NCBI GenBank assembly: GCA_965644495.1
Contig: CBFFSA010000004.1
Span: 1,067,767-1,131,766, forward strand
DNA: 64,000 nucleotides
From: Perkinsela sp. CCAP 1560/9
Lineage: Eukaryota; Protista; Euglenozoa: Kinetoplastea
Direction of reading: 5' to 3'
Below the pieces are notes generated by a model that saw only the letters and a program-made list of their open reading frames with translations, was not told where the DNA came from and ran no database searches. Shown here one piece after another: positions 32,272-42,997 of the stretch; within the stretch, counting starts at the first letter, position 1, and each line of letters starts with the position of its first letter. The translations under genes were made by a program, and so were the position numbers.

Positions 32272-33000
32272 ATGTCCACCGCTGAGAAACTTGTGAGAAA
32301 TATGGAAAAGCAAACTGACGAGGAAGCACCCCTTAACTCCACTCGATACATCTCCCTACTGATTCGAATACATAGCACAGCCCATGTAAAAAAGGATACC
32401 GGGGTTGAGTCGCATCGTCTCTATGACTGGAAAGTGCAACTCACACCCTTGGAAGGATACGAAGAACTTCTCTCCTCAATTCTTGAGCGAGTTGTTTTTG
32501 AACTCCATCCAACTTTTGACACTCCTCTGCGGTCGGTATCCTCTCCTGGGCCCTACGTGATTACTGAGGAGGGCTGGGGGCAGTTCGACATGGGTGTGTG
32601 TCTGTACTTAACCCATGGAGAGGTATACCGCACTACCCATGCGCTGCGCCTCACTCCTCACACCCCTCCTCCCCTTACTCTCTCTAAACATGCAAACTCC
32701 CCGGTGGGGTCCAAGCGTGTGAAGCCCACAGAGCCGAGTGCAGCTCCTCCAATGAGTTCCAGTCCCGTGGAATCCGACACGATTGAGGAACTCTTCATTC
32801 CTACTCGTATGGTGAAGGAAGAGGTTCTCTTGCGTTTACCTCCGAGACAGGTGTTCGAGGAGGAACAAGCCCAGTTGGATATTTTAGAAGAATATCACAA
32901 GGCCATTGCACGTGATACGCAAAGTCTGCGTCAAAAGATCCACGAGAGTTGTCAAAAAATGGTTACAAGGGGGATGAAAATTGAACCTGCGTATGAATGA
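32272..33000 (+). CDS. YEATS-domain protein (Yaf9-like)
   Basis: VVFELHPTF..PLR....GPY.ITEEGWGQF and a C-terminal coiled coil. Confidence 0.88.
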   Translation: MSTAEKLVRNMEKQTDEEAPLNSTRYISLLIRIHSTAHVKKDTGVESHRLYDWKVQLTPLEGYEELLSSILERVVFELHPTFDTPLRSVSSPGPYVITEEGWGQFDMGVCLYLTHGEVYRTTHALRLTPHTPPPLTLSKHANSPVGSKRVKPTEPSAAPPMSSSPVESDTIEELFIPTRMVKEEVLLRLPPRQVFEEEQAQLDILEEYHKAIARDTQSLRQKIHESCQKMVTRGMKIEPAYE

Positions 33001-33151
33001 ATAGAATAGAAATAGGTTTCTCCACATGACAAGTCATTTTATGTATGATGGGTCCTACTATTGATTTTCACGTCAATATTCTTACTGTACGCTCACTGTT
33101 TTATTTCTCATAGCATTGTTCAGTATCAACCTTATCACATACACTGACTGG

Positions 33152-34057
33152 ATGATTCCTCAAAAGTCGTCTCTACGAATTTCAGCCGAACTAGTTGATG
33201 AAAAACGTGTGTGTTCTATTATTGGCGATGTGCGCGAAACGCTCACTACTAAATCCGCAAGTTTCACTGTTGAGGAATTAGAAATCCTTTTATCTACGAA
33301 AGAAATTTATCCTGACACAAAAGAGCCCTTGGAAATTTTATTCCGCTCACTGAGAGCTCAATTTGCGAAGTTCTTAAATCAAAATTGCGATTGCCGCCAA
33401 ATAGTGAAAGAACTTGACAGATATTGTGAACGCGTGTTGCGACTGTGGGGTTCCTCTCGTACTCGAATTCTGCGTATTTCAAAACCCTTCCTAGAAAAAT
33501 GCAAAGGTGTTCTTGTCCACGGTCATAGTGAAACGCTCTGCGAGGCTGTGTGCGATGCTACGCACAACTCCAATTTTAAGGTATATTTCACCCAGTGTAC
33601 TCCGTTAAACCTTGGTGGACTTTCGGGCAAGTATTTGGGTACAAGGAACAGTTCTACCCGTCAAACGCAGTGTCACGTTATACACGACGTATCCGTTTGG
33701 TCCTTTCTTTCGGAAGTACAGTGTGTGGTATTAGCAGCAAATGCTGTAACACCGCAAGGGGGGTGCATGTGTTCTACAGGAGCCTCGCAAGTTGCAACAT
33801 TAGCAGCTTGCGCAAAAGTGGACGTCTATGTCATAGCAGAAACATTCCGCTTTACGGAGCTATCTCCCATAAGTCTTCACGATGAGCAGATCTATTCTTC
33901 CTCATGCGGAGATCACACCGTCTCGAGGCCACTTGAATATGTAGACCCCAGCAATATTACTCTATATTTTACAGATGTGGGTGTATTCCAGCCCTCTAGT
34001 ATGGCCGATGAAGTTCGGAACGCTTTCTGTGGAAAATTTCATCCCACAAATGATTAG
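33152..34057 (+). CDS. Translation initiation factor eIF2B regulatory subunit (alpha-like)
   Basis: VLVHGHS, VYFTQCTP, VVLAANAVTPQGG, G...VA..A...VDVYVIAETFRF, EYVDPSNITLYFTDVG...PS. Confidence 0.85.
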   Translation: MIPQKSSLRISAELVDEKRVCSIIGDVRETLTTKSASFTVEELEILLSTKEIYPDTKEPLEILFRSLRAQFAKFLNQNCDCRQIVKELDRYCERVLRLWGSSRTRILRISKPFLEKCKGVLVHGHSETLCEAVCDATHNSNFKVYFTQCTPLNLGGLSGKYLGTRNSSTRQTQCHVIHDVSVWSFLSEVQCVVLAANAVTPQGGCMCSTGASQVATLAACAKVDVYVIAETFRFTELSPISLHDEQIYSSSCGDHTVSRPLEYVDPSNITLYFTDVGVFQPSSMADEVRNAFCGKFHPTND

Positions 34058-34292
34058 AATAAGGTGGGGCGAGATAGTGCCTTGTTGATGCACAGAAAAT
34101 CTATCCTACGTTGCAATACCCTTTTGAAGCGAGAACCAGGCACCTCGGCTTTAAGCTGTGTAACGCGCTACTTCCAAAAAGGATATTGTAGGAAACACTA
34201 AATTTATTTGAACTACGAATCTACTCAGGGGGGCGAAATTTAAACTTTCACGATGTCCTCTGTAGCCTGGGGGGACTAATTTCTGGACTGTA

Positions 34293-34562
34293 CACCCCCT
34301 TTCATTAATAATGATAATTGAAAAAAGATTTTTACCTCGGACTGAAAATTACTCAAAAATTATCAAAAAGGTTTCATTCTATCGTAACTCCCCTTTAATC
34401 TTGTCTTGTTTTTTTCCCTTCGTAGACAAAGTATCATACTACACACATGTATGTTTATTTCGGATCTCCCCTTATTGCCTTCATAAATAATGATAATAAT
34501 AATGATAATGATAATCTCAGAAAATTTATTATTATCATTATCATTATTTATGAGAGGGGGTG
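34293..34562. mobile_element. MITE, 270 bp, 26-bp TIRs, TA-flanked
   Basis: TA|CACCCCCTTTCATTAATAATGATAAT ... ATTATCATTATTTATGAGAGGGGGTG|TA (24/26). A related solo end TACTCCCCCTCTCATTAATAAT is at ~1734. Confidence 0.8.
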
Positions 34563-34708
34563 TAATCTGCTTTCAACTTGCCTTTTTTCCAGTTTTTAGT
34601 GTGTTCTCCAGGAATTTACATGCCGAATTGCACGTTAAGAATATTATTTTATTATGGATCTGCGATGCCACCTATACAATTTTACTGATTTGACTTTTTT
34701 GTAATATT

Positions 34709-35089
34709 ATGGTGCGCCTCTCTTCTCTTCAGGATTTCGTCAACGCCTCTGCAGATTTGTATCAAGAGAATCCCAGCCGTACTCGTTACTCCCTAAAAAT
34801 TCGCGCAGCACCTCCAAAAAGTGGAATCGTTTGGAAAGCCACTGATGGAAAGTACACTTTAAACTGGGCCTCCGGCTCAAACGATGTGACAGCAGATTGC
34901 TTGGACCCTTTAATACAGTTTTCTAAAATTATGAGCGAAAATGGAGAATTCGATGAAACAAACGATTACGACGTCAATGTCATCATTAATTCAGAACCAC
35001 CACAGGAATTTATGGCAGAAATCTCAGCCAAAAGAAAGAAAAGGCGACGCACGAGTAATAAGAGAAAGAAGGAGAAATTATATGAATAA
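34709..35089 (+). CDS. SRP9: Signal recognition particle Alu-domain protein, SRP9/Srp21-like
   Basis: QDFVNASADLYQENPSRTRYSLKIR...IVWKATDG follows the SRP9 pattern (F...A..LY..DP...R..LKYR....L..KVTD); basic C-terminal tail. Confidence 0.75.
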   Translation: MVRLSSLQDFVNASADLYQENPSRTRYSLKIRAAPPKSGIVWKATDGKYTLNWASGSNDVTADCLDPLIQFSKIMSENGEFDETNDYDVNVIINSEPPQEFMAEISAKRKKRRRTSNKRKKEKLYE

Positions 35090-35330
35090 TGAGATTGGGG
35101 ATCTGACAACTGCAAAATAACGAGTACAAAAAAAAAGTACATTTTTGTTTTTCACGAATTGGAATACTAACCCTGTGAAGTACTAATGATGCGCTTTACT
35201 TTGGTTTGTATTTCGCTATCATACAGTAATATCGCTAGTGTAAAAAAATGGGTGTTTTGCTTTCATTCATTTTAACACCAAATATCGCTGAATTAAGTGC
35301 TAGATTGTTTCCTATACCGAGTTTCCACTC

Positions 35331-36095
35331 ATGTCAGAACAAAGCCCCGAAGTTAATGCTCCACACATTATAGTGATTGGTCCGCCAGGAGGCGGAAAAG
35401 GGACCTTGTGCGATACGTTAGCCCAACGTTATGTACATCTCTCCACTGGAGACTTGTTGCGAGCTGAAATCAGCAAAGGAACTGAATTAGGCAAACAAGT
35501 GGAGTCAAAAATGCGACAGGGATCGCTAGTCCCGGACGATGTCGTAACCTCTCTGATACATCAGCGTGTTTCACAACCGGATTGCCAATCTCGCGGCTTT
35601 ATCCTTGATGGGATTCCTCGAACTCCGAATCAAGTCAAAGGACTGCAACTCTCGGTGGACATTGTCATTGTGTTACATGTCCCCGCGGAATGCTTGGTGA
35701 GTCGTTTAACAAACCGCCGGCTGGATCCGGTAACGGGTAAGATCTACAACTTAAAGACTAACATGCCATCGGAGAAAAAGATACAGGAACGGTTGCGACA
35801 GCGCCCGGATGATTTTCCGGAGACCATTCGCCGTCGTCTTGCCTCCTATGAGAGGAATCTACGCGAAATTATACACGAACTACGACGCGGGACCTCTCGG
35901 TTTGGAGGTCCCGATCTCACGCTGGATCACACTCCGTATCGATGTGCACCACATTTCATTCACCTTGACGGCACACACGCCCCAGATGTAGTCGCCAATC
36001 ATTGCCAGCAGCAGCTAGAATATTTCTCATCGATTATGGCATTTTCTCCCTCCCAAATAGGTAACCAGAAGGAACCGATTAATAGTAAACTATAA
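35331..36095 (+). CDS. Adenylate kinase
   Basis: GPPGGGKGT, HLSTGDLLR, GSLVPD, GFILDGIPRT, RRLDPVTGKIY, QRPDD. Confidence 0.95.
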   Translation: MSEQSPEVNAPHIIVIGPPGGGKGTLCDTLAQRYVHLSTGDLLRAEISKGTELGKQVESKMRQGSLVPDDVVTSLIHQRVSQPDCQSRGFILDGIPRTPNQVKGLQLSVDIVIVLHVPAECLVSRLTNRRLDPVTGKIYNLKTNMPSEKKIQERLRQRPDDFPETIRRRLASYERNLREIIHELRRGTSRFGGPDLTLDHTPYRCAPHFIHLDGTHAPDVVANHCQQQLEYFSSIMAFSPSQIGNQKEPINSKL

Positions 36096-36535
36096 GTCAC
36101 GCAAAAATATTAATTTTGGATTTTTTTTGGAAATTCTTATGGGGAAGTAGGTAACTTAGTAGTTTATCATTTCTCTTCTACGACGTCAGTCGAGGAGGAA
36201 AAACACATTATACGCACACCGAATTTCATTTTTCTGTGATCATACAGGGTATATTTTTCTTTCTTTCCAAGCAAAAGGAAATGGGCTATGTACGCTGGGC
36301 ATCGCACAATGATTCAACGTAGATTTTCTAAAATAAAGTAACCCGTTTTTAACCAATATCTACATTGATATAAAGGTCATAACCAAGATGTACGTGTATG
36401 ATTTATCAACTACGTTACGCATGCTAAGCTAATCCATTTTATTACAGATACTACCGTAGCGCGTAAAACCACTGAAAAAAAATATCTTTATAAGTTCAAA
36501 GCTTCTTTTGATCGTTACTCTGATTGATCCACGAT

Positions 36536-38614
36536 ATGCTGCAGGATATTTTAGAGGACGCAGGTTTACACGATTTTCACGACTTATTTCTCCAACGTGG
36601 AGTAGACGAAGACAATATCACACAACTCACCATGCAGGATTACCCCATGGTTGGGGTGACATCTGTGACGGACCGACGCAAGCTTTTTGACACGATTCAA
36701 AATTTGAAGCGTAAAAGAAAGCATCACACTGCATCTGGCGTACCGGATAATTCTTCAAATGAATATTTCGTTAGTGCAGAAAAAAAAACTGACTTCAGAG
36801 ACATCCAAGAGACACCCCGAAACAGTGAAGCCATTCAAAGTTCTCCGAGTCCGTTTCGTCATCCCAATAAGACGATTTCGGAAGATAGCGTATCTACCAT
36901 GATGTCGAATGCATGTAGTTCAGAACGTGCCATACCTCAAAAGCGTCGGAGCCGAATTACGGTGGCCATACGTAAGCGACCGCTGAGTACTGAAGAACGA
37001 ATGACCGGTCACGAGGATATTATTTTCACGGAAAACGACACTTCTCTTACTCTCGTGGAGACGAAACACCGAGTCGACATGAGCAAATACTTGGATCGCC
37101 ATCACTTTAACTTTGATGAAGTGATCTGCGAGGACGTCGATAATGCGGAAGTTTATCGAAAGACTGCACGACCTCTGGTAGAAACCGTCATGTCAGGGGG
37201 ACATGCAACTTGCTTCGCATACGGTCAAACAGGAAGTGGAAAAACACACACTATGCTGGGGAAAGGTGAGGATCACGGTATCTATTTTCAGGCCGCACGA
37301 GATATTTGGTCACAACTTGGCAGCACGTTATATGTGACGTCTAGCTTTTTTGAGATATACTCTGGCAAGTTATACGATCTTCTGAACGAACGTAAAGCAC
37401 TCCACTGCCGAGAAGACGGAAAAGGGGTGGTTAACATTGTAGGTCTTTCTGAGCACCGAATCGACAGCCCGGAACAACTTATGGAAGTTGTGGCGTATGG
37501 TAACTGCACTCGCGCATCTGGCACAACAGGAATGAACGCAGACTCTTCACGTAGTCACGCAATATTGAGAATAAACTTACGACAGGATGACTCTGACGTA
37601 TTCGGACGCTTTTCCTTCATAGATTTGGCCGGAAGCGAACGCGGAGCTGATACCTTGGATTCCGACAGACAGACACGAATGGAAGGATCGGAGATCAACC
37701 GATCATTGCTTGCCCTGAAGGAGTGCATCCGGTCACTCGACCAAGGGCATCGGCATGTGCCTTTTAGGGGATCTAAGCTTACCGCCGTTTTGAGAGACTC
37801 TTTTGCTGGAAACTCTCGTACAGTGATGATCGGCAATGTTAGCCCCGCATCATCTAGCTCGGAGCATACATTAAATACACTAAGGTATGCTGATCGAGTG
37901 AAGGAATTGAGGAAGATCGGATCAGAGCCGACTGGAGAATGCATGGTTGGGCAAGTACCCACGGAAGTCATTCAATCCGAGCGATACGAACCACGGACAC
38001 GTCCAACTGTAGGACATAGACCACCATTAACATCGCGCGGTTTCGAAGAGGGATTACGTTCTTCTCGTCCCAAAGGAAGTCCTTATTCCAACACACGCCA
38101 AGAGCCTCGTCAGAGGCTTTCCTGTAAATCTAGACTGAGTATTCATGGAGAGCAACTTCGAACCACACGATCTACCGTTTCTCAGAATAGGCGCAATTCA
38201 CTTCTCACAGTTCGGGATCCCCCCACTTCTTCACATAGAAACACTGTTAATAGTTTTCACTTCGATGAACCTTCACTCGAAAATTCTCCACGCCCCCGAG
38301 ATAGCACGTGTTCTGCATTGTCAGAATGTTCGCGTCGTGATTCTTCACAACGCTACAGTATTTCAAGCGATCAAGAAGGATTGGTCTTATCACATCGCCA
38401 CTATATCGATGAAATGCTGGAGCGGACCAAAGCAGAAATGGGTCACCTTGCTGCCTTAGAACAGAAACAATGCTCTTTTCATCACTACGTCGATGCACTT
38501 GATGCCCTTTTGCTAGAGCATACAACGCGTACGGTAGCTTTAAGAGAGGGCATAGCTCAATTCCGGCAAAATAACGAGTTTCGAGCGTCATCTCCTCATG
38601 CTCTTTTCAGTTAG
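36536..38614 (+). CDS. Kinesin-13 (MCAK-like) with N-terminal SAM domain
   Basis: SAM-like N-terminus; ITVAIRKRPL, KHRVDM (KVD finger), FAYGQTGSGKTHTM, SSRSHA, DLAGSERGADT, LKECIR. Confidence 0.95.
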   Translation: MLQDILEDAGLHDFHDLFLQRGVDEDNITQLTMQDYPMVGVTSVTDRRKLFDTIQNLKRKRKHHTASGVPDNSSNEYFVSAEKKTDFRDIQETPRNSEAIQSSPSPFRHPNKTISEDSVSTMMSNACSSERAIPQKRRSRITVAIRKRPLSTEERMTGHEDIIFTENDTSLTLVETKHRVDMSKYLDRHHFNFDEVICEDVDNAEVYRKTARPLVETVMSGGHATCFAYGQTGSGKTHTMLGKGEDHGIYFQAARDIWSQLGSTLYVTSSFFEIYSGKLYDLLNERKALHCREDGKGVVNIVGLSEHRIDSPEQLMEVVAYGNCTRASGTTGMNADSSRSHAILRINLRQDDSDVFGRFSFIDLAGSERGADTLDSDRQTRMEGSEINRSLLALKECIRSLDQGHRHVPFRGSKLTAVLRDSFAGNSRTVMIGNVSPASSSSEHTLNTLRYADRVKELRKIGSEPTGECMVGQVPTEVIQSERYEPRTRPTVGHRPPLTSRGFEEGLRSSRPKGSPYSNTRQEPRQRLSCKSRLSIHGEQLRTTRSTVSQNRRNSLLTVRDPPTSSHRNTVNSFHFDEPSLENSPRPRDSTCSALSECSRRDSSQRYSISSDQEGLVLSHRHYIDEMLERTKAEMGHLAALEQKQCSFHHYVDALDALLLEHTTRTVALREGIAQFRQNNEFRASSPHALFS

Positions 38615-38810
38615 AGATAAAGTTGATAACTTCATAACCTTATCACATTTTATTTTTATTTCTCACTTTCCCTCGCTTCTACTTTCAATGTTTTATCAAA
38701 GGGAACGACCTTGATAATCGGATTTTTGACGATCTTTTTCGTGAGTGCGGCTATCTAAACCCTCTAATTTCATAAATATTGCGCTTCTTTTTATTTCCTT
38801 CTGAGTTTCT

Positions 38811-40538
38811 ATGCGACGTTTCTCACTTCCGTTTTTTCGCGCGCCTTTTTCCCTGGCGTTTCCCATACGACGTCTGACGAATCCCTCGGTGGCACGTGCA
38901 GCCGGTAAGGCGGTGACCTCCAGTGAGTTAATCGGACATATTCATAGCATTGACGGCACCATTGCCACGGTTCTTCCCTCTCCGGGAAGCTCGGAGGTGG
39001 CGTACAACACCATTATTGAGATCCACGTACGGGCGAATCTTGCCGCATCGGGTCTTGTGTTCAACTTGGAGAAGGATGGACGTGTGGGTATTATTCTCAT
39101 GGATAACATTCACGAGGTCAAGTCCGGGCAGAAAGTAACCGCCAGTGGTGAGCTTCTCTCCATCCCCTGTGGGTTCAGTGTGCTTGGGAAAGTAGTCAAC
39201 CCGCTAGGTCATGAGATTCCCACGGGAAATGAGGACGACGCAACGGTGTCCTTTGCGGGCGACAAGGAAATGGGTCGTGTGGATACCAATGCGCCGAATA
39301 TTGTATCGCGTTCTCCTGTGAACTACAACCTCCTTACAGGCTTTAAGAGCGTAGACACGCTTATTCCGGTAGGTCGAGGCCAGCGAGAGCTCATCGTGGG
39401 GGATCGTCAGACCGGAAAGACCTCTTTGGCAGTGAGCACGATTATCAATCAGGTCCGCGTGAATCGTCAGATTCTGTCCAAGAACGCTGTGTTGTCCATC
39501 TACGTCTCCGTCGGCCAGCGTTGCTCCAATGTGGCTCGTATCCACCGGCTCCTCAGCAGCTACGGTGCTCTGCGCTACACCACTATCATGGCTGCCACCG
39601 CTGCCGAGCCGGCGGGTCTGCAGTTCCTTGCGCCTTACAGTGGGGTCACGATGGGGGAATACTTCATGCATCGTGGACGGCACTGTCTGGTCGTTTACGA
39701 CGACCTCTCGAAGCAGGCTGTGGCATACCGCCAGCTCTCCCTGTTGCTGCGACGACCTCCTGGACGTGAGGCGTACCCCGGAGATGTGTTTTATCTCCAC
39801 TCCCGGTTGCTGGAGCGTGCGGCGATGTTGTCCCCCGGGAAAGGAGGAGGCTCGCTGACGGCGCTGCCTGTAGTGGAGACATTGTCCAACGACGTCACGG
39901 CGTACATTGTGACCAATGTGATTTCTATCACGGACGGTCAGATCTATCTTGATACGAAGTTGTTCACCGGGGGACAACGTCCCGCTGTGAACATTGGGCT
40001 CTCTGTCTCCCGGGTAGGTTCCAATGCTCAAAATGTGGCGATGAAAAAGATTGCAGGTGATCTGAAGAAGATATTGGCTGAGTACCGAAAACTTGCTAGC
40101 GATTCCGTTGGAGGACAGCAGGTGATGACGATCCCCATGATTCGTGGTGCGCGCTTTGTGGCGTTGTTCAATCAGAAGGGGCCGTCCTATTTTATGCATG
40201 CTTTAGTGTCTCTTTATGCATGTCTTCACGGGTACATGGATGATGTAAAGTTGCAGTACGTGAAATTCTATGAGTATCTACTTGTGAACAAAGACTTGGG
40301 CATACTCTACGGGGCAGCTAAAAACAGATTCTTCTACATGTATCTAAATGACCTCAATTACATTATTCGAATACTGACACTGAATTCCCCAGTCCTTCAA
40401 AATGAGTTAAACGCCATGCTAAAAACGCATACGTCGATCTTTCTGCAGCACTACCAATCCCGCATGAACAGCATGAAATCGGAAAAGGAACAAATCGCAC
40501 TCAAAAACCTGTTGTACAGTTGCAAACGAGCCGTGTAA
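38811..40538 (+). CDS. ATP1: Mitochondrial F1-ATP synthase alpha subunit, nuclear-encoded, kinetoplastid type
   Basis: GRGQRELIVGDRQTGKT, RRPPGREAYPGDVFYLHSRLLER, presequence, and the divergent kinetoplastid-like C-terminus (...LLYSCKRAV). Confidence 0.97.
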   Translation: MRRFSLPFFRAPFSLAFPIRRLTNPSVARAAGKAVTSSELIGHIHSIDGTIATVLPSPGSSEVAYNTIIEIHVRANLAASGLVFNLEKDGRVGIILMDNIHEVKSGQKVTASGELLSIPCGFSVLGKVVNPLGHEIPTGNEDDATVSFAGDKEMGRVDTNAPNIVSRSPVNYNLLTGFKSVDTLIPVGRGQRELIVGDRQTGKTSLAVSTIINQVRVNRQILSKNAVLSIYVSVGQRCSNVARIHRLLSSYGALRYTTIMAATAAEPAGLQFLAPYSGVTMGEYFMHRGRHCLVVYDDLSKQAVAYRQLSLLLRRPPGREAYPGDVFYLHSRLLERAAMLSPGKGGGSLTALPVVETLSNDVTAYIVTNVISITDGQIYLDTKLFTGGQRPAVNIGLSVSRVGSNAQNVAMKKIAGDLKKILAEYRKLASDSVGGQQVMTIPMIRGARFVALFNQKGPSYFMHALVSLYACLHGYMDDVKLQYVKFYEYLLVNKDLGILYGAAKNRFFYMYLNDLNYIIRILTLNSPVLQNELNAMLKTHTSIFLQHYQSRMNSMKSEKEQIALKNLLYSCKRAV

Positions 40539-40944
40539 GGGAAAAAATAGAGTTCGTACATATTAGGATACAGACTGAAGCACATTGTATAATCATACGA
40601 AATGGATATTAAAATGTATTAAGTGAAGTATCATACAAAAATACTACAATTCTCTTGTACGAAAGTTTTTGTAGGGAACATTCCAATTACCGATAACAAA
40701 TTATTGCACTAGTAAGTGATTCGATGATATTTGTTTTTTAGAACCTCATAGTTACATGCTCAATGAAAAGATTGAAAAAGAAAAACAGGCAAAGGGATTC
40801 ATCGTCCGACACTTTCCGATATTTAAAAGCCCCATCATCGCAATAGTTATAAGAATGTTCTGATTTCTGCTTTTTTAGGTAAAAATCCTCTAGCTTTACT
40901 CTCTTGAAATTTAAACTTTCTTTTAAGTATCTCTGTATAAATAT

Positions 40945-41241
40945 ATGGCGGATCCGTTTATTCGTCCTGGACAGCCTCATTCGCATCACACTGCTCATCT
41001 CATACACAAAGTCAGCGGCACTGGCCATCCCGACACTACCGCACAAGAACTTGCTTGTCAGCATCAACGAGATCAGCTGTCGCACCTGCTGCTTTTTCTT
41101 CCCTCTACAATGTACATAGCAACCTCAACGAATACGAATACCGAACGCGTGAGATGTCAATTACTGGAGCGTTTGCATGAACCATATTTCGCGACGGAGG
41201 AGGAACCTGTGTTTCGAGTTAGCGAGGCATTTAGTCAATGA
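40945..41241 (+). CDS. SF3B5: U2 snRNP SF3b subunit 5 (SF3b10)
   Basis: HL..K..GTGHPDTT.......QRD and RVR.QLLERL..P match SF3B5. Confidence 0.85.
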   Translation: MADPFIRPGQPHSHHTAHLIHKVSGTGHPDTTAQELACQHQRDQLSHLLLFLPSTMYIATSTNTNTERVRCQLLERLHEPYFATEEEPVFRVSEAFSQ

Positions 41242-41480
41242 CCTTATACCGTAAGATGACCGGCCCGCGACAATGGAGTAAGCTCATTAGTTTTCTTCTT
41301 AATATGTAACTTGGGTTATTTGTACCGCAAGCAATCTGCTCGGAGATATGACCTTGTATTTCGTAAAATTGTATCCTTACAAACACGCTTTTTTTGACCC
41401 ACCGACATGTAAGCCTCTTCCTATGTAATTTCTCTAGAACCATATTATTATGGAAAATTGTCAATTCTCCTGTTCATAGC

Positions 41481-42599
41481 ATGACTTTGCAGCGCGGAAG
41501 CCTCAAACGCATACTACATGATTCACGGTTATGGTGTACTTTTCAAAGACACAAATGCTCTCACGTGGAGAGGTCAGCTTTTACGGGAACATGCGTTCCA
41601 ATTACATACTATTTTCTAAGGCACGAAAATACCTATAGAGTTATGCCTAACTTACCTTGCCCATTTCGCAACGACATTTTGCGGCGCTCCGTTACTTTTG
41701 ACTTTGATAAGGAAGTAGAAGAACACGTGTCACTTGGGTCAGGTCCAGGTGGAGGTGCGCGAAATAAATGCAAAAATGCAGTAACCCTTCATCACCTCAA
41801 TACTGGCATTCGAGTGCGATGCAGTAAGTTTAGGTCTCTACATGAAAATAGAAAGATGGCGTTGTGGAATTTACAAAAGCAATTGGAGGACTTTCTTCTC
41901 GGCGCACATGGACCCACAGAACGCAAGCATCGTGCCAATAATATACCGAGAAGTCTGGAAGCCAGACATATAGAACACCAAAAGGTACAGAAATATTGCC
42001 TCGCAGAATTTTTTGGAGGAATTTCTACGCAGAACGGCTCAGCAATAAAACAAACCATACATAAAGTTTTTTTGATGCAGGTTCGCGCGAATGTGTGGAG
42101 CTGGCTCGTAAATCATCCGGAACCATTTTCTCTTATCTCACGGATCCTTCCTCTTCCAGGGATGCCTACATCTAAGGATTTGATCACACTCGAAGACTAC
42201 TACGAAATCTTTGAAAATCCTTTGAGTCGAAAGGCATACCACAGAGTTCTCCAAACACTTCTTGAGGTATACGATATATCGTTCACATCGTCCACAGGAG
42301 AAGCAGTGGATAACTATGCAAGCGAATCCAATGATTCTGACTCAAAAGAAAATTTCTCGCAAACCGCACGGGATAGATCAAAGCATCTTAGATGCTACAA
42401 CGATCCTCGTTTGGCAAAGCATGCATTAGTGTTGAAGCGACAGGAGAATAAATTACTGTGGAATACACTCACATCTCGACTACTTTGTTCTTTCTCCATT
42501 GCTCCCGTTTTAAATTACGACATGATAGTAAAAGAATTAGTTGCTTATTTACTCGATTATCTGCCACAAGATCATACACATTCTCTATCAAATTTTTAA
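41481..42599 (+). CDS. Mitochondrial class-I release-factor-like protein (C12orf65/mtRF-R type) with GGG in place of GGQ
   Basis: VEEHVSLGSGPGGGARNKCKNAVTLHHLNTGIRVRCSKFRSLHENRKMA matches the RF-1 peptidyl-hydrolase domain. Confidence 0.8.
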   Translation: MTLQRGSLKRILHDSRLWCTFQRHKCSHVERSAFTGTCVPITYYFLRHENTYRVMPNLPCPFRNDILRRSVTFDFDKEVEEHVSLGSGPGGGARNKCKNAVTLHHLNTGIRVRCSKFRSLHENRKMALWNLQKQLEDFLLGAHGPTERKHRANNIPRSLEARHIEHQKVQKYCLAEFFGGISTQNGSAIKQTIHKVFLMQVRANVWSWLVNHPEPFSLISRILPLPGMPTSKDLITLEDYYEIFENPLSRKAYHRVLQTLLEVYDISFTSSTGEAVDNYASESNDSDSKENFSQTARDRSKHLRCYNDPRLAKHALVLKRQENKLLWNTLTSRLLCSFSIAPVLNYDMIVKELVAYLLDYLPQDHTHSLSNF

Positions 42600-42997
42600 G
42601 GCTTTTTGATATTGAGACCTTGATTTTACTCAGTACATGGCATTGTAATCTCGCTCACATTTACTAATTGTGTCGGTCACGATGATACTATTTGTTTATA
42701 GGCAAGCAGGTCCACATAAAAGATTCGGTACTGAAAGACCATCGTGGTAGTCATACTATGACTGCCTTGTAATTTCTTTATGAAATTATTGACAATAAAG
42801 AAATTTTCTTTGTTCTGTCAATCAAGATGGCTGTGTATATACGCGCATGCTTTTATCTATTTTTATCTGTTCGTTCGTAATCACATTAGTTTGGCGAAAA
42901 GTTTTCAACTGTGTTTTTAGTGTAGTTTTTCAACCTGTGTTCTCTGTACGTATGATCTATGTATGAGAGCAACGTACCACCGAATTGTTGTCTCAGC

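Noticed and set aside
39204-40199. 331-aa antisense ORF over the F1-alpha gene (and similar shadows over the M3 peptidase, carrier and RepHel genes)
   Set aside because: Antisense shadow of a codon-biased gene; no motifs.
41982-41993. Second SL-like core (minus strand TTTCTGTACCTT)
   Set aside because: It lies antisense within a CDS and lacks the flanking AG and terminal TTG. It is treated as chance and is a caution that short SL-like matches can occur randomly.
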